Part shown: positions 10,314-21,390 of the stretch, piece by piece
Numbering within the stretch: the first letter of the stretch is position 1
Layout: every line of letters begins with the position of its first letter
From: Diplonema japonicum
Lineage: Eukaryota > Protista > Euglenozoa: Diplonemea
Length of the DNA stretch: 64,000 nucleotides
Direction: 5' to 3'
NCBI GenBank assembly: GCA_964019335.1
Contig: OZ025688.1
Location: forward strand, 124,001 to 188,000
The notes under the pieces: model-generated
Told to the model about the DNA's origin: nothing
The model's input: the letters and a program-made list of their open reading frames with translations, nothing else
Databases searched by the model: none
Position numbers and translations under genes: made by a program

Positions 10314-10856
10314 TTCGAAAATATTTTCGGCTGAACTACTGGTCAGGAAGATGCTGGCTTCTGGGATCGAACCCTGTTAACCATGTTTTTCAAAGGGAAA
10401 AGTGCCCAGTTGCAAAAGTTTGGCAAAAATGGCCAAAACTCAAAATGGCGACTTCCAAGGTCATTTTGGTTGGCCCCCAATATTTTTTTTTTGGAAAATT
10501 TTTTTTGGAACTTCCTTGGAACTCACCGTTCTTTCATGTTCGACATATGGATTTTTTGAAAAAAAAAAATTCAATGAACCTTTGGGCATTTTTGACATTT
10601 TTTCCCCTATAGCCCCCTATAACCCCTTTGGGACATAGGGCGGGTCACTTAGCGAATATGGAGCGTTATTATTATTATTACTCTTATGTACGCAAGGTTT
10701 CCCTCTTTGCAAGTGTTTCGTTTTCTTTTTTTTTCTTTTTTTTTTTTATGTTGTGCTTTGCAAATTTTCTTAAATTCACTCACCTGGATATATCTTTTCA
10801 CTCTTTTTCCCCACATTTCTTTTTTTTTTTCTTGCTCTGTTAAATAAAACAGAGAT

Positions 10857-10889
<33 letters not shown>

Positions 10890-11150
10890 ATGGGCTCCTA
10901 GCGTGGAGAAAAGAAAAGAAAAAAAGTCAAGCGTGAGTCAAAATCATTTGTAAAAGTACAATAGAAAAAAAAATTTTTTTTTCCGTGCAACATCTTCGGG
11001 GGGGGCAACAAACGAAAAAAAAAAACTTTTTTTTTTCCCCTTTTTATTTGCACGGAAATTCCTTGGAAAGAACAAAAAAAAAATCTTTTTTTTTTTATTA
11101 AATTCATCCCTCTTTTAACTATTATCACAGGCTACCTCTTCCCTTCATGG

Positions 11151-12044
11151 ATGCCTGCTTCTAGGGAGAGAATGCCAGTAACCGCACGCAGATTAAGGGT
11201 CTCGAAGGACCAAGAAGGACCGACAATCCCAGGTGGGGGGAAGGCAACCGAGGATGGTCAACAAAATAACGGGAGATTTCAGAAACTTCTCGCCACGGTA
11301 GCAGAGATGACGGCGCACCTCCAGGAGGCTGCCAAGGAGAGAGAAGGAGAGACGCGTGACTACGAAAAAATCAAAAACGAAAACAAAAGACTGAGGGCAT
11401 TTTTGGACACGAAAGTCGAACAATACGAGAAGCTCTTGCGAGAGGAACAAAAAGCGGTTCAAAAAATGAAAATAAAAAACGAGGAGCTGACGAGGCTGGC
11501 TGATGCATTTGAGAACCAGTCCGAAGATGAAGTAATCCTGACGCTCAGAAAACAGCTCCAAATTGAGAAAGATCAGCGCCTTGCGACCGAAGAACAAAGC
11601 AGTAAAATCCAATCAGAGCAATGCAAGACGATTTCCAATCTGGAGTCCAGGATTAGATATTTGTCGAACAATAATAGAAAGAGCCCCGACCGGCCTAGAT
11701 CGGTGTCACCTCCTCGTTCCGCTTTCTTCGGTAAAAGATTTAACGCGAAACATGCCTCCTTGCCCGACCCACCAGTGGAACGAGCACTTTTCAACAACAG
11801 CAGCAACAACAACAACAACAGCAACAACAACAACAACAGTAACGTTGCGACGCAGCCCCCGCTTCGTGCGCCGAGTGTGCATGTGAAGCCTTCTCCTTTG
11901 CCTTCGCCTACATCGCCGACGCCCTCTGCCTCGCCAACACCTATCTTACACCAGCCTATAACTAAACAAGCTGCTTTGACAGAAAGATTAAAATCAGGGT
12001 CTACGATTGACACAGTGGAAGAGTTGACTTCGGTGTGTGGGAGG

Positions 12045-12076
<32 letters not shown>

Positions 12077-12120
12077 AGGTGTTAAAAGCACTCGAAGAAA
12101 CCGTCTTCAATCCCCGTTGA
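11151..12120 (+). CDS. Coiled-coil protein with Asn- and Pro/Ser-rich tail; intron 12033..12078
   Basis: Long heptad-rich ORF. Phase-0 intron GTGTGT...A(n)CAG gives EELTS|VLKALEETVFNPR*. Confidence 0.8.
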
Positions 12121-12173
12121 GAGACAAGGGATGGGATGTTTTTTTTTTTTTTTTTTTTTATGTGTGAATATAT

Positions 12174-12204
<31 letters not shown>

Positions 12205-12814
12205 CCCTGCTTGGTTTAGATATTGTAATAGTTTTTAAGCTATCTTCTCTCTCCCCCCTCCCCTATCAAAGTACCTCTTGTGCCCCCTCCTCCCCCCTCT
12301 TCTATCTTATGCATGGCCTAGTATTTTTTTTTTTTAGATGGTTTGGTTTGGTGGGTCTATCTTGTTTTTTTTTTTACCCCCGTCGTTGTGATTTTTTTTT
12401 GTTCTTTAGAAGATTGAGAAAGAAGCTCTCCCCAATAAAAAAAAGGGATTCTCAGCTGAGAGCCACGGTAAAATATTCCCAGGTCGATGGAAAAAAAGAA
12501 TACGAAAAAGAAAAGGAAAACAAAAAGGAAACCCATTTAATTTGAAAACTGCTCTTTTTTTTGTAGATACTTTTTTTTTTTTTTTTTCCCCCTTGCGAAA
12601 AAAAAAATTCTTTTTCCTGTAACACACCCACCTCCCTCCCCTCTTCCCAATCGCACTATATAAGAGAGGTACCATTTTTTTTTTTTTTTTTTCTAAAAAA
12701 AAAAAAAAAAAAAAAATGAAGGGGGAGAAGAAAAAACGCGCGTTAATTCTTTTTTTTTTTTTAACCCCCTCTTTTTTCTCCCCATTCTTCCCGATATTTT
12801 TCAGCAAAAAAAAA

Positions 12815-13100
12815 GGTGTTTTTGAAGGCTAGGATAGGGTGGGAGTGGCTGTGGAGCCCTCGGGTTCGCCGGATCAGGCGATTCCCCGTGCCCTTTAGGA
12901 ATCTTGTCCAAAATCCAGAAATGATGGTTCGCGTACCTGACCTGCTTGTCGTCGTTCGTTTGTGTATCAGGTCGGACTCTTGAGTTTTCTTTGCCTGCGC
13001 GCTCTTGTTTCTCTTTCTTCCTCAGTACTCTCCGCAGGTCCTCCAACGTGAGCACAGGGTCTACCAACGGGTGGGGGTGGGATCCGAAAAATGTGGCAAC
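12815..13100 (-). pseudogene. Possible coding remnant (probably a transposon fragment) antisense to the gene array
   Basis: Complex-sequence island with an open minus frame ...DPVLTLEDLRRVLRKKEKQ...HHFWILDKIPKG... No start context and no family recognised. Confidence 0.25.
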
Positions 13101-13157
13101 AAGAGGAAAAAAAAAAAAAAAAAAAAAAAAAAGAAGAAGGGAAAAAAAAAAAAAAAA

Positions 13158-14245
13158 ATGACTGAAAAAGTACACATTGAATGGAAAGAATATACATTCC
13201 CCTCAGGGACGGTTTACAAAGGCGGTTTTGCGGGCACAAGAAAGGAAGGGAGGGGGTACTGGAAGCACCCTGAAGGTGAGTCGTACGAGGGGGAGTACCA
13301 CGACAACAAACAGCACGGCTACGGGGTCTATGACTTCCCGGACACAGGCAAAAAGTTTATCGGTCAGTGGGAGGCGGGGATGATGCACGGGGACGGGGTC
13401 TATCTTTTCAACAAGGAAACCACAGAGTACTTTATCGGCTTCTACCAACACGATAAAAAACATGGCAAAGGCCTGTACCGGTATGCCGTTGACGGCAGAG
13501 TGACCGAACAAAACTGGAACCACGGTGAGATGCTCAGTGAAGAAGATGCTGTACCCCTTGTACAGGCGCAGTATTACGCAAAGAGAATCCAGATACAAGA
13601 CGAAACCGAGAAGGTCTCGAGGAACCTGGTCGTGGGAGGCAGCGAAAAAATAGATCTGCAATTCATCAAAAAAACAGAAAAAAAAGCGTATACTTTCCCC
13701 TCAGGCGCTCAATACGATGGTATGCGAAGGAGTCCAAACAAAACAAAAAAAAAGAAAAAAAAAAAAAAAAAAAAAAGGTGAATTCCTCGGCACAAAAAAA
13801 CACGGGCAAGGTTTCTGGACCCACCCTTCCGGGGATATTTACGAAGGGGGTTTCAAGTACAATAAGCACGAAGGGTGGGGCGTCTATAAAATCGGAAAAT
13901 CTGGGAAAATGTACGTGGGTGGGTGGGCGGAGGGGAAGATGGAAGGGTGGGGTGTGTATTACTTCAGTGAAACAAAGAACGAATATTTTATTGGAACCTA
14001 CGCCAACGATGTCAAAGATGGGCCAGGGATGTACGTGTTTGCCAGCGGTACTGTTAAGGTCTGTGGGAACAAAAAGCAAAAAAAAAAAAAAAAAAAAACA
14101 GTTTCAAAATTGGGAGCGAGGCGCGCTAATCTACGAAGAAGAGGCAAAACCTCGAGTTACGGAGCAATATGAAGCAGCGCGAACTTTTATAACTGAGCAA
14201 ATCATGCAGAACACCGTTCACTTTGGAAGAGATTCTTCTTTCTGA
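13158..14245 (+). CDS. MORN-repeat protein (two MORN blocks); introns 13720..13777 and 14059..14101
   Basis: Repeated YxGx[FWY]...GxGxY units. Splicing restores YD-G-EFLGTKKHGQG and GTVK|FQNWERG, matching the first block (RVTEQNWNHG). Confidence 0.92.
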
Positions 14246-14708
14246 GCGCTTTTTGTTTTTTTTCTTTTTCTTTTTTTTTTTGAAAAAAAATCCATGATAA
14301 TCCTCTCCCCTCCCCCCCGCCTTTTTTTTGCCTGTTATCTTCTTGCCTTGTTTGTATTTTTTTTCTTTTCCCACAATTAGGAACAAAAATGAATCAACGG
14401 GGAAAAAAAAAAAAAAAAAAAAAAAAAAATGCAACGATTAAAGTAGATGAAAAAATGGATATAAAGTCCCGCCCCCCTTTCCCCGCCAGATTTTTCCCAT
14501 TTTTTATCCCCCCCCCTTTTTTTTTAGCCTGGTTCCCCCATTCTGTTGTGCGCCACTATGTCTAAGACTTGTATACCTTTGCTGTCTTTTTTTTTCCTTT
14601 CCCCTTCCTTTTTTCTTTGTTTTTTTTTTTGTAATGTCATTCCCTTCCTTTTTCATCGAACTGCGAGAGCATAATACATTTGAGCAAAGCAAAAGAAAAA
14701 AGAAGAAA

Positions 14709-16361
14709 ATGAGGTCCGCCATGTTCATGGCCCTGGTGGCAGTGTCCGCAGGGTCCCTCGTGCAGGTTCACGAGCCGTCGCAGATCCCTGATGGGTGGAG
14801 GGCAACTTCTGAGCAAGTGCGCCCCGACGGTAAGTTCCAGGTGACTGTGGGTGTGAAGAGGTCGAACAAGGCTGCACTCAACAAGATCTTCGAAGAGGTC
14901 TCGAACCCGAAGAGCGCGAACTACCTGCAGTACCCTTCGTACGAGGAGATTGGTGACATCGTGAGGCCGTCTGCTGAGCACACCAAGGTCGTGAAGGAGT
15001 GGCTGAGGGCCAACGGTGTCGCAGTGACCAAGGTGCACCCCCACGGGGACTACATCCACGCCGAGGCGACCGTCGCCCAGCTGCAGAAGATGTCCAACGG
15101 TGTGTTCCAGACCTACGAGCACAAGACTGGCGCAAAGGTGTGGCGTGTCACCACTGGTGTGAATGTTCCTGCTGAGGTCGCCGCCGCCATCGACTCCTTC
15201 GCCGGTTTCCACGGCTTCCCTCTCAGCCCTGTTGTCGTCGACAGCAAGCTGAAGCAGAAGCTCAGGGCTGCAGGTGCGGTCACCCCCGCTGTCTTCAGGA
15301 AGACCTACAACGTGACCGACGTCCCCAAGACAGGCAAGCAGAACATCCAGGCCATCGCGCAGTTCCAGGGCCAGTACGTCGACGACAAGGACCTCGCCGA
15401 CTTCTGCACCCAGTACGACGCCGGCTCCACCTGCAAGATCAGCAAGTACGTTGGGCAGAACGAGCAGCAGCCGGGCATCGAGTCCATGCTTGACACCGAG
15501 TACATCATGTCCCTCAGCAACACCGCCGAGACCTGGGTGTACTCCTACCCCAACTTCGACTTCTGCGGGGACCTCACCACCTTCGGGTCCAACGTCACCA
15601 GCGAGTCGGTGCACCCGTCCAGCATCAGCATCAGCTACGGGAGCCAGAAGATCGACTTCTGCGCTGCTGCCCTCATCACCAGGTTCTCTGAGGACATCCA
15701 GAAGATGGGTGTCATGGGGATCACTGTCATGATCTCCTCTGGCGATGACGGCAGTGGTGGCGAGACCAGGCAGGGCAGCAACGGGGGCAAGCTGTCGCCG
15801 TCGTTCCCTGCGTCGATCCCGACATGCGTTGCTGTGGGGTCCACCTACTGGGTTGAGGGTACCACTGGTGAGCAGGAGGCGACCACCCAGTTCGGGTCCG
15901 GTGGCGGCTTCTCGTACGACTTCCCCGTGCCCAGCTACCAGGGCCAGCAGGTGCAGAGCTACCTAAGCAACGTGAACAAGCCCAACGCGCAGTACGCCAC
16001 CGGTAGGGCCACCCCTGATGTGTCGACCCTTGGAGAGTCCTTCACCGTGGTGGAGGGTGGTACCGCCATCGCTGTTGGGGGTACCTCGTGCAGCTCCCCG
16101 TCGTTCGCTGGACTCGTGACGCTCCTTAACGAGGCATGCCTTGCTGAGAGCGGGAAGACCCTCGGCTTCGCCAACCCCCTCTTCTACCAGAACCCCCAGA
16201 TGTTCACCGACATCGTGAAGGGCACCAACGCCATCGGGTACAACCAGGCCGCTGGATGGGAGGCCATCAAGGGATGGGATGCCTCCACCGGTCTTGGCAC
16301 TCCCAAGTTCAACATCATGTTGGCAACCGTGAAGAACGCCTGCAAGAACGCAGGCAACTAA
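14709..16361 (+). CDS. TPP1: Tripeptidyl-peptidase I / sedolisin (S53) secreted or lysosomal protease
   Basis: Signal peptide, pro-domain, ESMLDTEY (ExxLD), SSGDDG, GGTSCSSP, and Ca-site GWDASTGLGTP. Strongly GC3-biased codons. Confidence 0.92.
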   Translation: MRSAMFMALVAVSAGSLVQVHEPSQIPDGWRATSEQVRPDGKFQVTVGVKRSNKAALNKIFEEVSNPKSANYLQYPSYEEIGDIVRPSAEHTKVVKEWLRANGVAVTKVHPHGDYIHAEATVAQLQKMSNGVFQTYEHKTGAKVWRVTTGVNVPAEVAAAIDSFAGFHGFPLSPVVVDSKLKQKLRAAGAVTPAVFRKTYNVTDVPKTGKQNIQAIAQFQGQYVDDKDLADFCTQYDAGSTCKISKYVGQNEQQPGIESMLDTEYIMSLSNTAETWVYSYPNFDFCGDLTTFGSNVTSESVHPSSISISYGSQKIDFCAAALITRFSEDIQKMGVMGITVMISSGDDGSGGETRQGSNGGKLSPSFPASIPTCVAVGSTYWVEGTTGEQEATTQFGSGGGFSYDFPVPSYQGQQVQSYLSNVNKPNAQYATGRATPDVSTLGESFTVVEGGTAIAVGGTSCSSPSFAGLVTLLNEACLAESGKTLGFANPLFYQNPQMFTDIVKGTNAIGYNQAAGWEAIKGWDASTGLGTPKFNIMLATVKNACKNAGN

Positions 16362-17078
16362 ACAGGATACAAAAAAAAATTTTTTTTTTCTCTCTCCCTC
16401 AACTTTTTAAACGTTAACAACCCCCCACTGTCGTTCTCACTGAAACAGCGTGCTGTGTCCCTCCCCTTCCCCCCCCTCCCCCCAACTCTCTCCGTTCGTT
16501 ACGAAAAAAGTAGGAAATAAAAATCCTCTTTCGTGTCTTCCCGCCCTTTAACGGTAAGAAAAAAGAAAAACTCCGGTGATTTAAAAAAAAAAAAAAGAAA
16601 ACATACAAAAGAGGGGGGTAAGAAAGGAAAGAAAGAGTAAACTCAGATCCCACAGGAAGAGGAGAAGGCAACCGCCCATTCGATCGGGTGTGTGCTTATT
16701 TCTCTCTTTCTTTTTTTTTTTTTTTAAAGTAAACTTTTATTAGAGAGCGCCCCCTCAGAAAGGGGGTATGCTTAAAGCCGGCCCCCTTTAGTTTAAAAAG
16801 GTTCGTACTGACAATAGTATATTTGTCAATACGGAAAAGAGCAGGAAAAAAAAAAAAAAAAAAACCTCCCACACACACAACACACAACTATTTGTCGGGC
16901 AGCACATTTTAGTTGATTCCACACCAGGAAAGATCACGTCTTCATTTATGTGCGCGACAAAAAAAATAGTTATCCCCCCCCCCCCCCCCCCCATCCGTTT
17001 TTCCCTTTTATTTTTATTTATTTTTTCTGCCCGAAAAAAAAAAACAGAACTTTTTCTTCAAAAAGAAAGAAAAAAAAA

Positions 17079-17633
17079 ATGTCTAAGACATCTCTGATGT
17101 TGTTGATGCTAGCGGGCACTGCACAAGGGTTAGTCGGGCACCGCCCACATTGAGTTCACTACGTTTGCGGACGGGCGGCCTGACGGGGGGATCAGGCAGA
17201 GCGCCGACGTGGAGGACGGTCTGGACTCTCCTGGTGACATTTTCGTGTTCGATCAGAAGCTTCTGGCTGATGATTCGTGCAAAACCGTCATCGGGAGAAA
17301 TGCTGGGTACTGCATAAGAACTGACCCAGGGAAACCCGACTGGAGCGGGAAGGACCACCCCAGCCTCCCTGACGACCCGGAGAACAACTGGGGCAGTGCA
17401 CCTGGACCCTCACATTCTATGAGGAGTCTGGCTACGAGGGGACCCTCCAGGTGTCGGGGAGGGAGTCCGACATGCACACTTCTTACTTTTCAGTTATTGG
17501 TGGAACAGGCGACTTTAAGGGAGCCAAGGGTGTCCTTGCCACGACCCCTGAACCACTGACTGACAACACCGGCATCCTGTTCAGGCAAGAACTCGAAATT
17601 ACTCTCCCAAAGACGCGTTACTCCGGCTGGTAG
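17079..17633 (+). CDS. Secreted dirigent / allene-oxide-cyclase-like beta-barrel protein with two apparent frameshifts
   Basis: Signal peptide MSKTSLMLLMLAGTAQG; DSPGDIFVFDQKL, IGRNAGYCIRT, QCTWTLTF, FSVIGGTGDFKGAKG. Frame breaks occur in G-runs near 17137 and 17390 (sequencing indels or a young pseudogene). Confidence 0.7.
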
Positions 17634-18284
17634 GGTTACTAAAAAAAATTGGTTTAACCAAATGTGAAATTTCAGTGCGATTTATTTATATATATATATA
17701 TTTTTTTTTTTTTTTGCGAGATGATTTCCTCTTTTTTTTTTTTTTTTTTGAAGGGAACCCTCGTTGATTATAAAAGAAAAGACGGAAGTGGGGGTTGGAA
17801 AAAAATGAAAGAGAAAGAGGGATAAAGATAATGAGGCTGCCGCCCAATTTCTTTATTCATTTCCCTCTTTTTTTTCTTTTCTTTTTTTTTTTTTTCTTCC
17901 CCCATGCGTTAAAAAAAATCTTTTTTTTTTATATTGGTAAGGAACTTCACTCAGTGTTTTTGACACTTTTTTATTTATTTCTTTCAACACATTTTTTTTT
18001 TTTGAAACAATTCCCTCTCAATTGCACGAATTTGATATTTTTTTGTCCTTTTTTTTTTTCCCTTCCTCCTGTTCCCTTGTTGTTTCTTCTTTTTCTTTTT
18101 CCTTCCACCTCTCCCCCGGGTTTCTTTTTTATTTCTCTTCATCTTTGGCTCTGCTTTTACTCGGGATGTGTGCTTTGGAAAGGGAGAAAATAAGGGTTCA
18201 TTCTCACGTTATTTATTTTTTTTTAAATTTTTTTTTGGACAAATGTCTTTCCCAACACCCCTTAGTGTTTTTTTCTACACCGCG

Positions 18285-18314
<30 letters not shown>

Positions 18315-18317
<3 letters not shown>

Positions 18318-18647
18318 CCTGAAGTCAGGAAAAGGTGCCCTCACTGTGACTTCAGCTGGCTTGACAAGTATAACAAAAACGAGTGTCCTAAATGTATCCA
18401 GCCGTTGACTAGTGGGTCCACTGTAGGGGCAAGGCCTTCATGGAACACGCAGCAGTATTCTACCTCGCCAACAAACCGAGTCTCTGGACACAGGTTGCAG
18501 CCGGGTGAAGCGAGCAGCAACAAACAAAGAGCCAGCTCAGCCATGGAGAGCTCTTCAGGAAACTGTAGCAAAGGCGGGTCCCACATGTGGAAGTTCGGAA
18601 AATGCAGCAAATGCGGGAGGGGTGAAGGCTATGCTAAATTCTCGTAA
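18315..18647 (+). CDS. Small Cys-rich zinc-binding protein (CxxC...CxxC and C..H..CxxC)
   Basis: MPEVRKRCPHCDFSWLDKYNKNECPKC...CSKGGSHMWKFGKCSKC, 110 aa, ATG after an A-run. Confidence 0.8.
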
Positions 18648-18679
18648 AGAGGACGCCCGAGGAGACTTTAATTCAAATA

Positions 18680-18715
<36 letters not shown>

Positions 18716-19032
18716 CGTGTGAAAGATGGCACTTTCATAAATGAAAGACTTGCCCCCCCACGCTCCCCCACAAAATACCGGATTTATTTTCGGGTTGGGA
18801 GGAAAAAAAAAAAAAAAAAAAAAGTAGTCTACACCTATATATCCAAATCTCGGTTCCTCATTATTTTTTTCCCCCCTTTTTTGAAACCAGTTTTCTTTTT
18901 CTCTTGTCTTTACCTCCCATATATATTTTCTTCTCTTCCAATTTACTTCTATTTTTTTTTGTTTTTCTCTTTTTCTTTTTCCTTTTCCTTGTTTCTTTTT
19001 ATATCCATCCGTTTACAAGGGAATTGCAAAAG

Positions 19033-20775
19033 ATGAGAGAGCTCGGGGTACTGCTGCTTCTTGCGGGCGTGGTAGGGGGCACGCAAAAAATAATGGTAAC
19101 AATGCGAGATGGCTACAACCTTAGTACGTACATCAACTGCAATGACCTCTCCATGGAAGAGGCTGCGGCTATGCCAAGGAAGGTCATCTTCGACACCAGT
19201 ACCTACGGGCACGGTGGGTCGGAGCACCTCGCGCAAGGCTTTGCGGATGCTCTTGGTCCTGACTTCTGCGCTGTGCGTCAGGACCTCCGTGGAAGCGGGC
19301 TTTCCGTTGGCCAAGACTTCTCCCTATGGAGGACTTCAGGCAACGACAGTTATGACACCTTCAAGTGGATCTCACAGCAACCCTGGTCAAACGGTGAAGT
19401 CTACCAGACAGGCATTTCAGCAGACGGGCTTGCCACCTACTGCAGCATCCTCAACCAGCCCCCGTGGCTTAAGAAGCAGTACGTCGTTTGGGCGTCCATC
19501 GATTCTTACTCATTCTCCTTCCCCGGCGGTGCCTTCAGGAAGGGTCTGCAGGATGGGTGGTTGGAGGGCACATTCCCCCACCAGTACCCCCAGCTCATCG
19601 ACACCATGAGGCACCATGAGGCCCCCGGTATCTGGTGGGACCCTGTCAACGCCACAGGAAGATGTGACTATGCTACTGAGGAAGCCGTTCTCCTTGCAGG
19701 GTGGTACGACATCTTCCTGAACGGGCAGCTGGAAGCCTTCCCCTGTTACAACAACGAGAGGGCCAATGCGCACATTGTCGTCGAGCCCTGCGGGCACTGC
19801 CTCATCGGGGGGTGCCCCATCTACCTTGAAGAGGACGGCAACAGTACCATCGCGTACCTTATGGCCTTGGACATGTTCGCAGGCCGCCCTCTCCCCCAGG
19901 AGATCGAACTCGTCACCTTCTACGTCATGGGCGCTGGGTTGGAGTCTGGGCTTGCCCCGGACCCGACCGCCCCGGGGAACTACTGGACAACGCTTCCAGC
20001 ATGGCCCACACCGCAGTACCAGAAGTTCTACTTCCACGCAAATGGAGGCCTGTCCACGGACACACCGAACTCTGCATTGATGAGCTTTGTGTACGACCCC
20101 AGCAACCCTGTGCACACGCATGGAGGGAACAACCTGATCCTGAGATGTGGGGCGTTGGACCAACGCAAAGAAGAGGACAGGAACGATGTGCTGAAGTACA
20201 CGTCTGAGGTGCTGGCGGAAGACATGGCCATCACAGGGGCCATCAAGGCCACGCTCTTCGTCTCAAGCAACTGCACCGACACGGACTTCACGGCGAAGCT
20301 GACAGACGTGCACCCCAGTGGGAAGTCGGTGCTCATCAACGACGGCATCATCAGGATGCGGTGGAGGGACGGGGTGGTGGGGGGCATCAACCCGAAGCTC
20401 ATGACCCCTGGTCAGATGTACGAGGTGGAAGTGTCCCTGTGGGCAACCAGCTACATCTTCCCCAAGGGGCATAGGATCAGGGTGGCGATCTCTTCCTCAA
20501 ACTCTCCAAGGTTTGAGCCAAACCCGAACAACGGTCTCTCCCTCGTGCAACAAGGACCTTCTTTCATTGCGCACAACACTGTGTACCTTGGTGGGACCCA
20601 TGCTTCGCATTTCACCTTCCCCGTTGTTCAGAAATCCCAGCTGCCTCCTGTTGACCTCAAGCGTGTCACAGAGGAGTGGTTGGCGGAACGCCCTGCTTCC
20701 TACCGTGTGGCTCTCGAGCAGCACAAAATCGATAAAAGGAAGAGGCCAGCATGGATGCCTGAGCCTGAGATGTAG
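19033..20775 (+). CDS. Secreted CocE/NonD-family (S15-like) hydrolase, copy 1
   Basis: Signal peptide; VTMRDG, QDLRGSGLS, QPWSNGEV, nucleophile GISADG, AGWYDIF, GHC; PepX_C-like C-domain (DTDFTAKLTDV, GHRIRVAISSSNSPRF). Confidence 0.92.
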   Translation: MRELGVLLLLAGVVGGTQKIMVTMRDGYNLSTYINCNDLSMEEAAAMPRKVIFDTSTYGHGGSEHLAQGFADALGPDFCAVRQDLRGSGLSVGQDFSLWRTSGNDSYDTFKWISQQPWSNGEVYQTGISADGLATYCSILNQPPWLKKQYVVWASIDSYSFSFPGGAFRKGLQDGWLEGTFPHQYPQLIDTMRHHEAPGIWWDPVNATGRCDYATEEAVLLAGWYDIFLNGQLEAFPCYNNERANAHIVVEPCGHCLIGGCPIYLEEDGNSTIAYLMALDMFAGRPLPQEIELVTFYVMGAGLESGLAPDPTAPGNYWTTLPAWPTPQYQKFYFHANGGLSTDTPNSALMSFVYDPSNPVHTHGGNNLILRCGALDQRKEEDRNDVLKYTSEVLAEDMAITGAIKATLFVSSNCTDTDFTAKLTDVHPSGKSVLINDGIIRMRWRDGVVGGINPKLMTPGQMYEVEVSLWATSYIFPKGHRIRVAISSSNSPRFEPNPNNGLSLVQQGPSFIAHNTVYLGGTHASHFTFPVVQKSQLPPVDLKRVTEEWLAERPASYRVALEQHKIDKRKRPAWMPEPEM

Positions 20776-20829
20776 AATAAGAAAGGAGGAGAACAAAAGG
20801 CCGTAAGGATACACTCGCGTTTTTTTTTA

Positions 20830-20959
20830 ATTCTTTACCCGACTCTTCTTGTCCCCTTTGCTTTGGTGCTATTCGTGTGAAGCATAGCTTTGCTCCTGCG
20901 TGTAAGTCCCGTTGTTTTTGCTGAGCATTTAAGTTAAAGGGGACAAGGGCTCGTAGAAT
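20830..20959 (+). other. Long RNA-like hairpin in the 3' spacer of CocE copy 1
   Basis: CTTGTCCCCTTT (20848-20859) pairs perfectly with AAAGGGGACAAG (20936-20947), extended by G-U pairs and an inner GGTGCT/AGCATT helix. Confidence 0.55.
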
Positions 20960-21390
20960 CAGAGTTTTTTTTTTTGTTCTCTTTTTTAAGCGTACCTAAT
21001 CCTGAGGCCGATGTTACTAACGTTTTTTTTTTCTTTTCTTTTTTTCGCACACGAAGGGACGCTGACGCTGTTCTATTGCGAATTCCCCCCTCTTCGCGTA
21101 TGCATTGCAGTTTAGACAAAATGAATAAAATAATGAAGGGGATTTTTTTTTTCTCCCCCTCTTTTCTTTACCTTCTCCCTCCAAAGCTCCCTCTTTTTTT
21201 TTTGTGCTATGTCATCGTATGGCGTACTGTTAGGAAAGAGGAAAGAAGAAAGAAGAACCCCCCTTTTTTTTAACCCTCTCTCTAAGTCTCTTCCCTCCCC
21301 TTCACACTGCTTGCATTTCTCCTTTTTATTTTTTTTTTTTTAAATCTATCGCGAAAAAAAAAAAGTAAACACAAAAAAAAAAAAAAAAAA

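Larger units (their letters stand above)
8531..10665. mobile_element. 2.1-kb TIR DNA transposon, non-autonomous, TTA target duplication (PIF/Harbinger-IS5-like TSD)
   Basis: Perfect 24-bp TIRs CGCTCCATATTCGCTAAGTGACCC (8531-8554) and its reverse complement (10642-10665). TTA at 8528-8530 and 10666-10668. Subterminal direct repeat ATGTTCGACATATGGA at 8640 and 10536. The interior lacks the long host homopolymers. Confidence 0.88.
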
